Shown one piece after another: positions 19,924-27,982 of a stretch of DNA of 32,000 nucleotides. Made by a program: the position numbers and the translations under genes. How positions within the stretch are numbered: the stretch's first letter is position 1; the number at the start of each line of letters is the position of its first letter. Source of the DNA: Candidatus Brocadia sp. (lineage in GTDB: Bacteria > Planctomycetota > Brocadiia > Brocadiales > Brocadiaceae); contig CP091279.1 in assembly GCA_021650915.1 (NCBI GenBank), forward strand, positions 990,001 through 1,022,000. Direction: 5' to 3'. Under the pieces are notes generated by a model, which was not told the origin of the DNA, did not search any database, and saw nothing but the letters and a program-made list of their open reading frames with translations.

Positions 19924-20343
19924 TCAGATATTGGATTTTCGAATTAACAGACGTTTTAGGAGAAAACCACCACCAATAAGACTGGCAGTTCCTGTTGCAA
20001 TACGGACGCCCAGAGAATCAAAGAACCCCCGTGTAGTCCCGCGGAACGCCTCTTGCCAGGTAATTCGCGCAAGGTGCCCGCCCGGCGCCTCGACAATAAT
20101 AACTTTCGGCACACCAGCTATGTTTCCCGGTAATGTCCATATTCCCTTTTCATCGAGGGTGTCTCTGACAAGTTCAATGCCATCATCATCCACAACAATA
20201 ACTACAGCGCCTGAGGCCGGTGAATGATCACTGAAATTGGCATGCAGCCTTCCACCTTCTGCAGAAAGATACAGACCATGGGCGTACACTTCCGAAGTCA
20301 GCATAAGAAGCATCATAAAACTACAAAAAAGTATCCTCTTCAT
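19924..20343 (-). CDS. Small bitopic periplasmic component occupying the CbiN/NikN/NikL position of the transporter
   Basis: 139 aa. Signal/anchor MKRILFCSFMMLLMLTSEVYA|HG, a beta-rich middle (VVIVVDDDGIELVRDTLDEKGIWTLPG) and a C-terminal TM helix IATGTASLIGGGFLL. Assignment rests on operon position only. Confidence 0.45.
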   Translation of the reverse strand: MKRILFCSFMMLLMLTSEVYAHGLYLSAEGGRLHANFSDHSPASGAVVIVVDDDGIELVRDTLDEKGIWTLPGNIAGVPKVIIVEAPGGHLARITWQEAFRGTTRGFFDSLGVRIATGTASLIGGGFLLKRLLIRKSNI

Positions 20344-20365
20344 ATGTTCTTCCGCAGCCTCCTGG

Positions 20366-20965
20366 TCAGACCCCCAGCAATGACGGTTTCACCTTTTGTA
20401 AAAAATGCACCAGCCAAAAACTGACGATACCTTCCACGATGGCAATGGGAATATGACCAAGAAAAACTAATTTGGCCAAAGGCATCAGCGCCGTATTCGT
20501 CGTAGATAGCGTTATGTAGAGCAAAAGAGCCGAAATCAAGATTGTTCCCCCGCCAACAAGTGACCCTATCCATGGACGTTTTTGAGGAGAAACCTGCTTT
20601 ATCCAATGACGTCCAAGCGCCCCCATAATCGCTCCAGGCAATGCCATGATGGAGATATTAATCCCCAAAACCATCAGCCCGCCGAAGCTGATTAGCAGCG
20701 CCTGCAACAAAAGACCAACCGTTACTATCGTTAAGGCGCCCCAACCCAGCAACAGTCCGGCCATACCGTTGAGCACCAGGTGCATGCTGAAGGGGCCTAC
20801 GGGCACATGGATGGTTGAGCCTGCAAAGAAGGCCGCTGCAACCACCCCATAGGCGCCGACCTGATCCGCTCGCAAACGGCGAACAGACACCCCCAACACA
20901 GGCAAAGTTATTACCCACCCTATTCCAACAATATAAGGAGAGAGAACTCCATCGCTGATATGCAT
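20366..20965 (-). CDS. nikM: ECF transporter substrate-capture component NikM/CbiM
   Basis: 199 aa. Begins with the characteristic metal-binding N-terminus MHISDGVL. Multi-TM protein. Adjacent to nikR and the Q/O components. Confidence 0.85.
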   Translation of the reverse strand: MHISDGVLSPYIVGIGWVITLPVLGVSVRRLRADQVGAYGVVAAAFFAGSTIHVPVGPFSMHLVLNGMAGLLLGWGALTIVTVGLLLQALLISFGGLMVLGINISIMALPGAIMGALGRHWIKQVSPQKRPWIGSLVGGGTILISALLLYITLSTTNTALMPLAKLVFLGHIPIAIVEGIVSFWLVHFLQKVKPSLLGV

Positions 20966-21034
20966 AAGAAATCTTGTATCTGGAATATTACAAATATAAT
21001 ATACGTGCCATCGTTTGAAAAAAAATATTAACCC

Positions 21035-21451
21035 CTACACTATTTCAGCCCCTGTTGTTGCCATAGACAATCCCCCATGCTTTACTCCTTTTGCAGATTT
21101 CAGCTTTCCATACAACGCTTCTATTTCTTTTGATTTTCCTTTTACCACAATTATTTCAAGACAATTGTCGTGATCCAAGTGGATGTGCTGGGTAGAAAGA
21201 ATGGTATCATGACAGTCATGCTGGATGTCAATGAGAAGATTCGTTAATTCCCTTTTGTGATGATTATAGACAATCGTTATTGATCCGGTAACCTCCTTGC
21301 CCTCCTGCCACTCCTTTTTCACCAAATCATCCCGAATCAGATCGCGTATCGCCTCAGAACGGTTGGTGTATTTCTTCTCTTTTATGCGCGCATCAAATCT
21401 CTTGAGCAGTTCCTTCTCCAGGGAGACGCCAAATCTTACTAAGCTGGACAT
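21035..21451 (-). CDS. nikR: Nickel-responsive transcriptional regulator NikR
   Basis: 138 aa. Ribbon-helix-helix N-terminus VRFGVSLEKELLKRFDARIKEKKYTNRSEAIRDLIR. C-terminal ACT-like Ni domain with HHKRE, H..HDCH, HIHLDHDNCLEIIVVKG. Confidence 0.9.
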   Translation of the reverse strand: MSSLVRFGVSLEKELLKRFDARIKEKKYTNRSEAIRDLIRDDLVKKEWQEGKEVTGSITIVYNHHKRELTNLLIDIQHDCHDTILSTQHIHLDHDNCLEIIVVKGKSKEIEALYGKLKSAKGVKHGGLSMATTGAEIV

Positions 21452-21470
21452 ACTTTTCCTCGATCTATAG

Positions 21471-21497
21471 GTGTTACGAATTTTGGAATTATAACAT
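21471..21497. promoter_or_regulatory. NikR-box-like palindrome GTGTTAC-N13-ATAACAT
   Basis: Read directly 20-46 nt upstream of the nikR ATG. Resembles the GTGTTAC-N13/14-GTAACAC NikR signal that I recall from comparative genomics of Ni/Co transporters. The right half matches 5/7. Overlaps the -10 element. Confidence 0.5.
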
Positions 21498-21515
21498 TAT
21501 TATCTTCCACGTCAA
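21488..21515 (-). promoter_or_regulatory. Sigma70-type promoter of nikR operon: TTGACG-N16-TGT-TATAAT (extended -10)
   Basis: Minus strand reads AATTCTTGACGTGGAAGATAATAATGTTATAATTCC. -35 at 21510-21515, -10 at 21488-21493. GAGGA SD before the ATG at 21451. Confidence 0.6.
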
Positions 21516-21541
21516 GAATTTTCCAATTTCTCTGCAGATTA

Positions 21542-21696
21542 TATAGTATTACCGTATAAAATCTTTCTTTTTTTGCAAGTTTTACACCCCCCTTAAATCC
21601 CCGGAGGCAGGTCAACCGTCCCCGGTTGACATCATAAAGACAATCGAGGACGCCTGTCCTACCGGCAGAGGGGACTTGGTTGAGGTTGTGCTGCGT
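21542..21696 (+). repeat. Short repeat unit: 17-mer TATAGTATTACCGTATA + T-rich/GCAAGTTTT tract + GC-rich hairpin-prone segment, directly abutting copy B
   Basis: The 17-mer at 21542-21558 is repeated at 21697-21713. CTTTCTTTTTTTGCAAGTTTT follows. The segment GGGGACTTGGTTGAGGTTGTGCTGCGT resembles 26813-26840. Confidence 0.6.
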
Positions 21697-21918
21697 TATA
21701 GTATTACTGTATAGAAACTTCTTTTTTTGTAAGTTTTTCACAAACCCCTTTTCAGGAGGTACCGTTTTTTATGAGTGAAAGATTGCTTCGCTTCACTCGC
21801 AATGACAACATGCCGTGTGCCATCAAAGTGCATGGCCGCTGTCATTGCGGGGGCCTTTTCCGAAGCAATCTCCCCGCTTTCATAAAGGAAATTTGGTTGC
21901 GGCTGTGCCGCGCTATGG
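21697..21918 (+). repeat. 222-bp interspersed repeat, copy B
   Basis: Aligns with copy C (29038-29260) and with the reverse complement of copy A (18193-18414). The track ORF 21771..21992 (…RLLRFTRNDN…) is a translation artefact of this repeat. Confidence 0.85.
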
Positions 21919-22006
21919 AATATTGGAGGATAGGTGTTGTTATTCCAGATGCACAGAATGAATTGATTTTCTATAGTAAACGCCTAACATAACTTGACGT
22001 GCGATA

Positions 22007-22077
22007 GTCATTGCGAGCGACAGCGAAGCAATCCCACCCCTGAGACTGCTTCGGGCTAACGCCCTTGCAATGGCAAC
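22007..22077. repeat. CATTGCGAG-family nested hairpin unit
   Basis: GTCATTGCGAG (22007-22017) pairs with CTTGCAATGGC (22065-22075) at 9/11. The inner stem is CGAAGCA...TGCTTCG. Lies just downstream of the DUF748 gene stop. Confidence 0.6.
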
Positions 22078-22106
22078 CTTCCTTTTACGTTTACTATGGT
22101 TAGGCG

Positions 22107-25040
22107 CTATCGCGCATCCAGCGTCAGAGGCATCCTGATCTCCCCAGATGATGCAGGGGCCTGCATATCGACGTCAAGGAGAAAGATGCGGGACTCTGCA
22201 ATACCACCCTGCTGGATCATATACTCCTTCACCGATACTGCCCGCTCACGGGCGAGGGTGCGCAAAGCATCATCAGAAACCGGATAGTTCTCTATCAGCC
22301 GCTTTCGCGACGCTTCAGCTACCGCAGCCTTATAAGCGTGACGAGGCAGCTTCGAACCCTTTTCATCAACAGACGATACCAGATCGCCGGGGTCTTCCTT
22401 TTTAAAGGTTTCGCGGTAAAGCTTGTGCAGGCGTTTTTGCTCGTCTTCCGTAAGAGGACCTTCACGGCTATCCCCTGGCTTGCGGACCAGCGCCATGACC
22501 GCATGCCCTGCAAGGGCCTGGCGGTCTTCCGATTCCCCGGCCGTGCCGCGTAAGGCAAGCGTGAGCTGCGGCCTGCTGTCAAGCGCTTTTGCAAGTTTGC
22601 CAAGCTTCACCTGTTGATCCTGGCTGAGGGAACTGGAGCCGGGTGTGAAACTTACAAAGTCCATTTCCTCGCCTTCGCCCCCCACCAAAGCGCCGAGCAT
22701 TTTAAACGGAGACGTTGCGGCCTTAACGATAAGATTAACAAAGGTCTTAAGAATCAACGGCCCGAGGCGAAACTCAGGGTTATTCAGATCGCCCCGCACC
22801 GGGAGATCGATATCGATCACACCGCGGGAGTCCTTGAGTATGGCAATGGCAAGCCGGACGGGCAATTTGGTGGCATCCGGGCCCCCCACCTTTTCGCCAA
22901 GCGTAAACTGGTCTACAATGATATGATTTTCACCGATCAGAATCTTCTCAGAAAGCTTGTAGCGCAATTCAAGCGTCAGTTTTCCTTTTTCAATCTTATA
23001 CCCTGCAAACTTCCCTGAATACGGAGAAAAGGTGGTAAGCTCAATCCCCTGAAAATGCATGATAATATCCGTAAAAGCCTTTTCACTAAGCGGATTGATC
23101 TTCCCCTGAATAAACACCGGGGCATATTTGTCGACCTGCCCCTTCAAATCGATATCGGCGTGCGCAAGCTGTTCAGACGAGAGCCCTTTTATCGTACCGT
23201 TGAGATTCTGGATACCCGTAGCAAACCTGGGGGTGAGGGAAAGATCTGCAAAGTTCATGGAACTGTCTGACACGCTCACCTGATCAATCCGGATGGGCAA
23301 TCTGCTGCCGGCAGCCTGTTGACGATCCGGTTTTCCCGGCGACGGTTCAGCGCTCACCAGGATATGCTGCACATTGGCGGTACGATCAGGACCGATGATA
23401 ATAGAGGCATAAAGACCGCGGGCGACAATCTCACTGATTGTAAGTGATCCCGGACGATTTTGATATTGCACCTGTTTCAGATCAAGCCGCTCCCATCGGA
23501 GCATATCCTCTGCAAGCACGGGATCTCTGGCGCGAGCCGCCTCAATTGCAACATCGCCTCGGAAATCAATGCCCGGCGAACCACCGGACTGCGAACAGGC
23601 AAGATGACCGTTCACTGATAACGCGCCGTCCTCGATCTCGAGCCTGGTGTATTGTTTAACATAGGGCTGAAATGGCTGAAGAGCCACCTTGGAAAGCTGC
23701 ACGTCTATTTCAGCAGCAGAAGGGTCTAATGCCCCCTTTCCGGCAACCGTAATCATCCCCGTTTGGTTGATACCCGCCTGTAATTCGATACGTGCAAAGC
23801 CAGGCGCGCCAATCTGAATGTCCTCAAGCCTCATATTAACTGGTGATACATCAAGGTTTGCCGCAGGCTGTGTGCTAGAATCCTTGATATGAACTGCATA
23901 ATCGGCTATCTCAAACTTGCCGATACTGATACGCCAGGGGTCAGATTTTTGTGGTTCATTCGGTTGTTCCTTGCCTTGCCCTTCAGCAGGTTTTGGCTGA
24001 AACATCGTAAGCAGGTTCATGCCCCCCTTTTCATCCCGTATGCCGTTGACTTTAGATGAATTGCTCTGAATATCTTCAATTTTTATTTGTTTCTTTCCAT
24101 AATCAATGTCCGCTCCGGTCACGGTAAAATGTGGCACCATAAGAACTTCTTCCTTATCCTCCTTTTGAGCGACTGTAAGAGAACGAACGGTTATCTTGCC
24201 CTGATGCACCAGGAAGTTTGGCTTTTCACCCGTAGCATCAAATTCGTAATTTCCACTAACATCCAATTGACCGTCTTTTATCTCAAAAAGAAGCTGATCC
24301 TGCAGATATGACCAGAGGTTTCTGAGCCTGATTCCGGAAAGTTCCAGACGGCCTTTTGAGTACAACGGTGACATACTGATACTGCCACGATATTTCAACG
24401 CCTGCCCTTCGCCTGCAGTGGCCTCGAGTTCATACAGGCCTTCACGATTGGGTTGTGTCGTAAAATTCAGGAGCGAAACACTAACGTCGTCTATCTGCGC
24501 CTTGTAAGGAGTTTTCCGGCTAAAGTCTTCGAAGGTTGCTTGTCCCCGATCAATGACAAGACGCTGAATCAGGAGCGGAACTGAAGACCCCTGCCGGGAT
24601 TGCTCATTTTCTTTGGCAGATGGCAGAAGGTCCTGAAAATTGAACGTCTTATCATGGAGTATCTTGACGCATCCATAGGGAACAGTCAAACGAAACTGTG
24701 CAAAGGTGTATGTCCGGCGAAAGAGAGAGCTTGTCTGGAAATTGAGGTAGAGCTCATCAAACCCAACGAAACGGCTGTTATCTCGTTCATGCAGCACAAA
24801 GTTTTGTAAGGTCATTGACAAGGCAAAGGGGTTGATGCGCAGCTTTCCGAGTTCAACGCTGCGTCCGGTACGATCGGAAAGTGTTTTAATCAGCCGGGAT
24901 TTAATGATCGGCGGCAATACCCAAAAACCTATTCCTGCATAGAGGGCAATGATAATACCACCAATGGCTGTTATTCGTGCAGGCCATGACCAGGAAGCGC
25001 AGGTAGGGCCGATACGGAAGAGGAACTTACCGTGTGACAC
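22107..25040 (-). CDS. Large envelope protein, DUF748/AsmA-like
   Basis: 977 aa. GTG start with AAGGAGA SD. N-terminal TM anchor (ITAIGGIIIALYAGIGFWVLPPII), then a long beta-rich repetitive body. Family call is from overall architecture as I remember DUF748 proteins. Confidence 0.6.
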   Translation of the reverse strand: MSHGKFLFRIGPTCASWSWPARITAIGGIIIALYAGIGFWVLPPIIKSRLIKTLSDRTGRSVELGKLRINPFALSMTLQNFVLHERDNSRFVGFDELYLNFQTSSLFRRTYTFAQFRLTVPYGCVKILHDKTFNFQDLLPSAKENEQSRQGSSVPLLIQRLVIDRGQATFEDFSRKTPYKAQIDDVSVSLLNFTTQPNREGLYELEATAGEGQALKYRGSISMSPLYSKGRLELSGIRLRNLWSYLQDQLLFEIKDGQLDVSGNYEFDATGEKPNFLVHQGKITVRSLTVAQKEDKEEVLMVPHFTVTGADIDYGKKQIKIEDIQSNSSKVNGIRDEKGGMNLLTMFQPKPAEGQGKEQPNEPQKSDPWRISIGKFEIADYAVHIKDSSTQPAANLDVSPVNMRLEDIQIGAPGFARIELQAGINQTGMITVAGKGALDPSAAEIDVQLSKVALQPFQPYVKQYTRLEIEDGALSVNGHLACSQSGGSPGIDFRGDVAIEAARARDPVLAEDMLRWERLDLKQVQYQNRPGSLTISEIVARGLYASIIIGPDRTANVQHILVSAEPSPGKPDRQQAAGSRLPIRIDQVSVSDSSMNFADLSLTPRFATGIQNLNGTIKGLSSEQLAHADIDLKGQVDKYAPVFIQGKINPLSEKAFTDIIMHFQGIELTTFSPYSGKFAGYKIEKGKLTLELRYKLSEKILIGENHIIVDQFTLGEKVGGPDATKLPVRLAIAILKDSRGVIDIDLPVRGDLNNPEFRLGPLILKTFVNLIVKAATSPFKMLGALVGGEGEEMDFVSFTPGSSSLSQDQQVKLGKLAKALDSRPQLTLALRGTAGESEDRQALAGHAVMALVRKPGDSREGPLTEDEQKRLHKLYRETFKKEDPGDLVSSVDEKGSKLPRHAYKAAVAEASRKRLIENYPVSDDALRTLARERAVSVKEYMIQQGGIAESRIFLLDVDMQAPASSGEIRMPLTLDAR

Positions 25041-25071
25041 AATTTTCTCCTTGTAGATTCTTAACTAATCT

Positions 25072-25099
25072 ATATTACTTCTTTTCCTTTGTATATCAA
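25072..25099 (-). promoter_or_regulatory. Possible promoter TTGATA-N16-TAATAT upstream of the DUF748 gene
   Basis: Minus strand reads GTGTTGATATACAAAGGAAAAGAAGTAATATAG, about 30 nt upstream of the GTG start. Confidence 0.3.
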
Positions 25100-25323
25100 C
25101 ACAATTTTTGGTATTTTTCGGGAGACCGGAAAAGTTTGCAGAAACCCTTTTCCGGAGCAATTCGTTATCAGCGACCGGGGGGTTTTTGCGGATATTTGCC
25201 GCATGCGCGATGCAATGCGAGCACGATGGACGATGGAAGAGAGGGTAATGGAAAAGGTCTTAATTCCTTATACTCCTGCCCGGAGGCAGGGTGGACAAGA
25301 AACATTTCACTCCCTTTGAAAAA

Positions 25324-26640
25324 TCATTCAGCATTTCCCGCAATGTTCATTGCCTTCAGATAGAAGGGCGGCACTTTTGTCGACCCGTGCCATTCCGCCG
25401 TATCACCGATTGCCACAATATTATTAAATACCTCAAAGGCATTGCCCGCTATCATACAGTCCTTTACCCTGCCTACAATCTCTCCGTTCTCAATCAGGTA
25501 TCCAAGATCAATGTTAACGGAAAATTCACCCGCAAGGATATTGCTCTGGCCTCCACCAAGCACCTGATCCACGAGCACGCCATATTTGACGTCTTTTACC
25601 ATCGCCTCGAATGACATATTACCCGGTTCAACAGTAATATTTGAATTACCAGGCGATGGCTGTGAGGCAAAACTTCTGTTGCCATTTCCGGTGGACGTTG
25701 CCTTCATGATTCCGGCTGTCTGCAAGTCGAAGATGTAATTTTTCAAAACGCCCTTTTCAAACAATGGCGTGCACTGCGACGGCATACCCTCCGCGTCCCA
25801 CGGATAGCTCGATCCGGCCATATCAATCGTTGCGTCGTCATAAATGCTCACCCGTTCATCGAGTATCTTTTCACCTAATCGGTTGGTGAGAGGAGATGCG
25901 CCCTTTTGCACCAGCTTTCCGTTGCAATCGCTTTCGAAGGTTGCAAGCAGGTTGCCCATGGCCTTTGCGGTAACCACTACCGGATAAACACCGGTCTTCA
26001 ACTTCAGTTCTTTTCCCGCAAGCTTCAAATCTCGCAATGCTTTTTCAAGATGTTTATTGAGATTCGTGACAAGACCTTTTGAACTTTCTCCTTCTCCAAC
26101 CCAGAGCAGGCTTTGTCCCTTCACTTCTAAGATCTCAATGCCAACGCCAAAGGATGTGGAGGCAATGGAAACATCCAGCCCCTTAGAATTGATGAGTCGC
26201 CGTGCCCCATGCCCTTTTCCCATACTCACGCTGCATTCATAGTTTGCATTTACCGACAATGCCCTTTCGATAGCATCTTTCCCGATATCGACACATTGGT
26301 GAATCGGATAGTCTATGACCTGCTGATCAAAGACCGCAACCTTTGGGAAATGACCCTTCGAAGGAAATTCAAAAGCGGCGGTCTGACCAAATTTAGCGCT
26401 CTCTATGGCATTGGCAACCAGCTTCTCCGGTTTCCTGAAATCAGTCGTGCTGGAGAAACCGATCTTTCCATCCTTAATCACCCGGAGCCCAATGCCGCGT
26501 ATCGATTTTGTACTGACATACTTTAACTTGTTATTTTCGAAGCTCACCGACCGTGACTCGCCTTCGTCATAAAGCACCTCTGCCGAAGGCGTCTGTTTCA
26601 AAGCCAATTCCAGGACTTTTTCTTCAATTCTATTCATCAA
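25324..26640 (-). CDS. pmbA: PmbA/TldE-family metalloprotease subunit
   Basis: 438 aa. TldD/PmbA-family pattern (GIGLRVIKDGKIGFSSTTD, NGNRSFASQPSPGNSNITVEPG, GEFSVNIDLGYLIENGEIVGRVKD). Lacks the HExxxH motif, as expected for the PmbA partner. Confidence 0.85.
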   Translation of the reverse strand: MMNRIEEKVLELALKQTPSAEVLYDEGESRSVSFENNKLKYVSTKSIRGIGLRVIKDGKIGFSSTTDFRKPEKLVANAIESAKFGQTAAFEFPSKGHFPKVAVFDQQVIDYPIHQCVDIGKDAIERALSVNANYECSVSMGKGHGARRLINSKGLDVSIASTSFGVGIEILEVKGQSLLWVGEGESSKGLVTNLNKHLEKALRDLKLAGKELKLKTGVYPVVVTAKAMGNLLATFESDCNGKLVQKGASPLTNRLGEKILDERVSIYDDATIDMAGSSYPWDAEGMPSQCTPLFEKGVLKNYIFDLQTAGIMKATSTGNGNRSFASQPSPGNSNITVEPGNMSFEAMVKDVKYGVLVDQVLGGGQSNILAGEFSVNIDLGYLIENGEIVGRVKDCMIAGNAFEVFNNIVAIGDTAEWHGSTKVPPFYLKAMNIAGNAE

Positions 26641-26747
26641 TTAACCTCGTTTTATTTCTCTAAGATTGTTGTTTGTGAGAATATAACAGATTTTCGATAT
26701 TTTATCTTAAGAAATGGTCTTAGACAAGATACCGTATCTTTTCATGC

Positions 26748-26857
26748 TATTACCGTGTAAGATCTTCTTTTTTTTGCAAGTTTTCTCATTACCCCTTCAT
26801 CCTCTTTGTTAAGGGTGACTTAGTTGCTGTTGTGCTACAGTATAGTATTACCGTATG
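26748..26857 (+). repeat. Repeat unit related to 21542-21713 (degenerate 17-mer + T-rich/GCAAGTTTT tract ... TATAGTATTACCGTATG)
   Basis: ATTACCGTGTAAGATCTTCTTTTTTTTGCAAGTTTT at about 26750-26785. GGTGACTTAGTTGCTGTTGTGCTACAG followed by the 17-mer at 26841-26857. Lies between the pilU stop and the pmbA start. Confidence 0.55.
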
Positions 26858-26862
26858 ACATA

Positions 26863-27969
26863 CTATGCTTTTAACCGGAAACTCACGGCTTTGTCTTCCT
26901 TTCCTTCCCCAAGACCCGCTGTCTTTATCCGAATGCGCAGATCATTTGCACTGTCCGCATAGGCGAGGGTATTTTCGTAACTAATCTTATCCTCTTTATA
27001 AAATTGAAACAATGATTGATCAAACGTGAGCATCCCGTCCTGTGTCCCCCGCGCCATTGTTTCTTTCAATAATTCAACCTCTTTCTTAAGAATTAGGTCT
27101 TTTATCCTTGGGGTATCCAGCAGGATTTCCAGGGATGCAATCCGTTTGCCGTCTTTTGAAGGCACCAACCGTTGAGAAATAATAGAACGGAGATTGAGAG
27201 ACAGGAGTAAGTATATCTGCTCATGACGCTCCGCAGGAAAGAAGTTTATAATGCGTTCTATGGCCTGGTTTGCATTATTTGCATGTAAGGTACCAAGGCA
27301 GAGATGTCCCGTCTCTGCAAAAGTAATGGCCGATTCCATGGTCTCGGTATCACGAATCTCACCAACGAGGATAACATCGGGCGCCTGGCGCAACGTGTTT
27401 TTTAATGCATCAGCAAACGACAGCGTATCCATGCCGACTTCTCTTTGCGTAATAACTGATTTCTTGTGCGGATGCACAAATTCTATGGGGTCTTCTACGG
27501 TGATAATGTGTCCGGAACTATTGGTATTCCGGTAATCTATCATAGCCGCAAGGGTTGTTGATTTGCCGGAACCTGTTGCTCCAACAACAAGCACCAACCC
27601 TCGCTTCGTCATAATGATATCCTTCAGTATCGGGGGGAGCTGTAAATCATCGATCGTTTTGATATTGATTTTTATCTGTCTGATAACCATGCCAATATAT
27701 CTTCTCTGGAAAAAGATATTTACCCGGAACCGTCCCAATTCCGGATAATATAAGGCCAGATTCATCTCCATCTTATCGTAAAAATCTTTTCTCTGTTTGT
27801 CATTCATGACACTTTCGGCAAGGATACGGACATCTTCGTCCGTTAAGTTTTTTGTTCCGCACGGCGTATTCGCACCTTCTCTGCGAAAAATAGCGGGGAG
27901 ATCCACCGTAATATAAATATCCGAGGCATCAAGACGCACCATTTCCTGTAAGAGTTCTTTCATTTCCAT
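26863..27969 (-). CDS. pilU: PilU-type type IV pilus retraction ATPase (PilT/PilU family)
   Basis: 368 aa. Walker A GATGSGKST, Asp box, Walker B DVILVGEIRD, His box GHLCLGTLHANNANQAIERI. The longer C-terminus is typical of PilU. Confidence 0.8.
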   Translation of the reverse strand: MEMKELLQEMVRLDASDIYITVDLPAIFRREGANTPCGTKNLTDEDVRILAESVMNDKQRKDFYDKMEMNLALYYPELGRFRVNIFFQRRYIGMVIRQIKINIKTIDDLQLPPILKDIIMTKRGLVLVVGATGSGKSTTLAAMIDYRNTNSSGHIITVEDPIEFVHPHKKSVITQREVGMDTLSFADALKNTLRQAPDVILVGEIRDTETMESAITFAETGHLCLGTLHANNANQAIERIINFFPAERHEQIYLLLSLNLRSIISQRLVPSKDGKRIASLEILLDTPRIKDLILKKEVELLKETMARGTQDGMLTFDQSLFQFYKEDKISYENTLAYADSANDLRIRIKTAGLGEGKEDKAVSFRLKA

Positions 27970-27982
27970 GTTTATTTATGTC

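Noticed and set aside
21697-21713. GTATTAC inside the recurrent 17-mer as NikR half-sites
   Set aside because: It matches GTGTTAC at only 6/7, with no inverted partner at the proper spacing in any copy. It also occurs at pilT and pmbA, which have no obvious Ni link.
21439-21992. ORFs 21439..21741 and 21771..21992 (also 29157..29348)
   Set aside because: They are translations of the interspersed repeats (for example …RLLRFTRNDN…). The same 'peptides' recur wherever the repeat occurs, in either orientation.
22096-24809. Numerous plus-strand ORFs antisense to the 977-aa gene
   Set aside because: These are shadow ORFs of a long GC-moderate gene. They are Arg/Pro/Ser-rich and carry no motifs.
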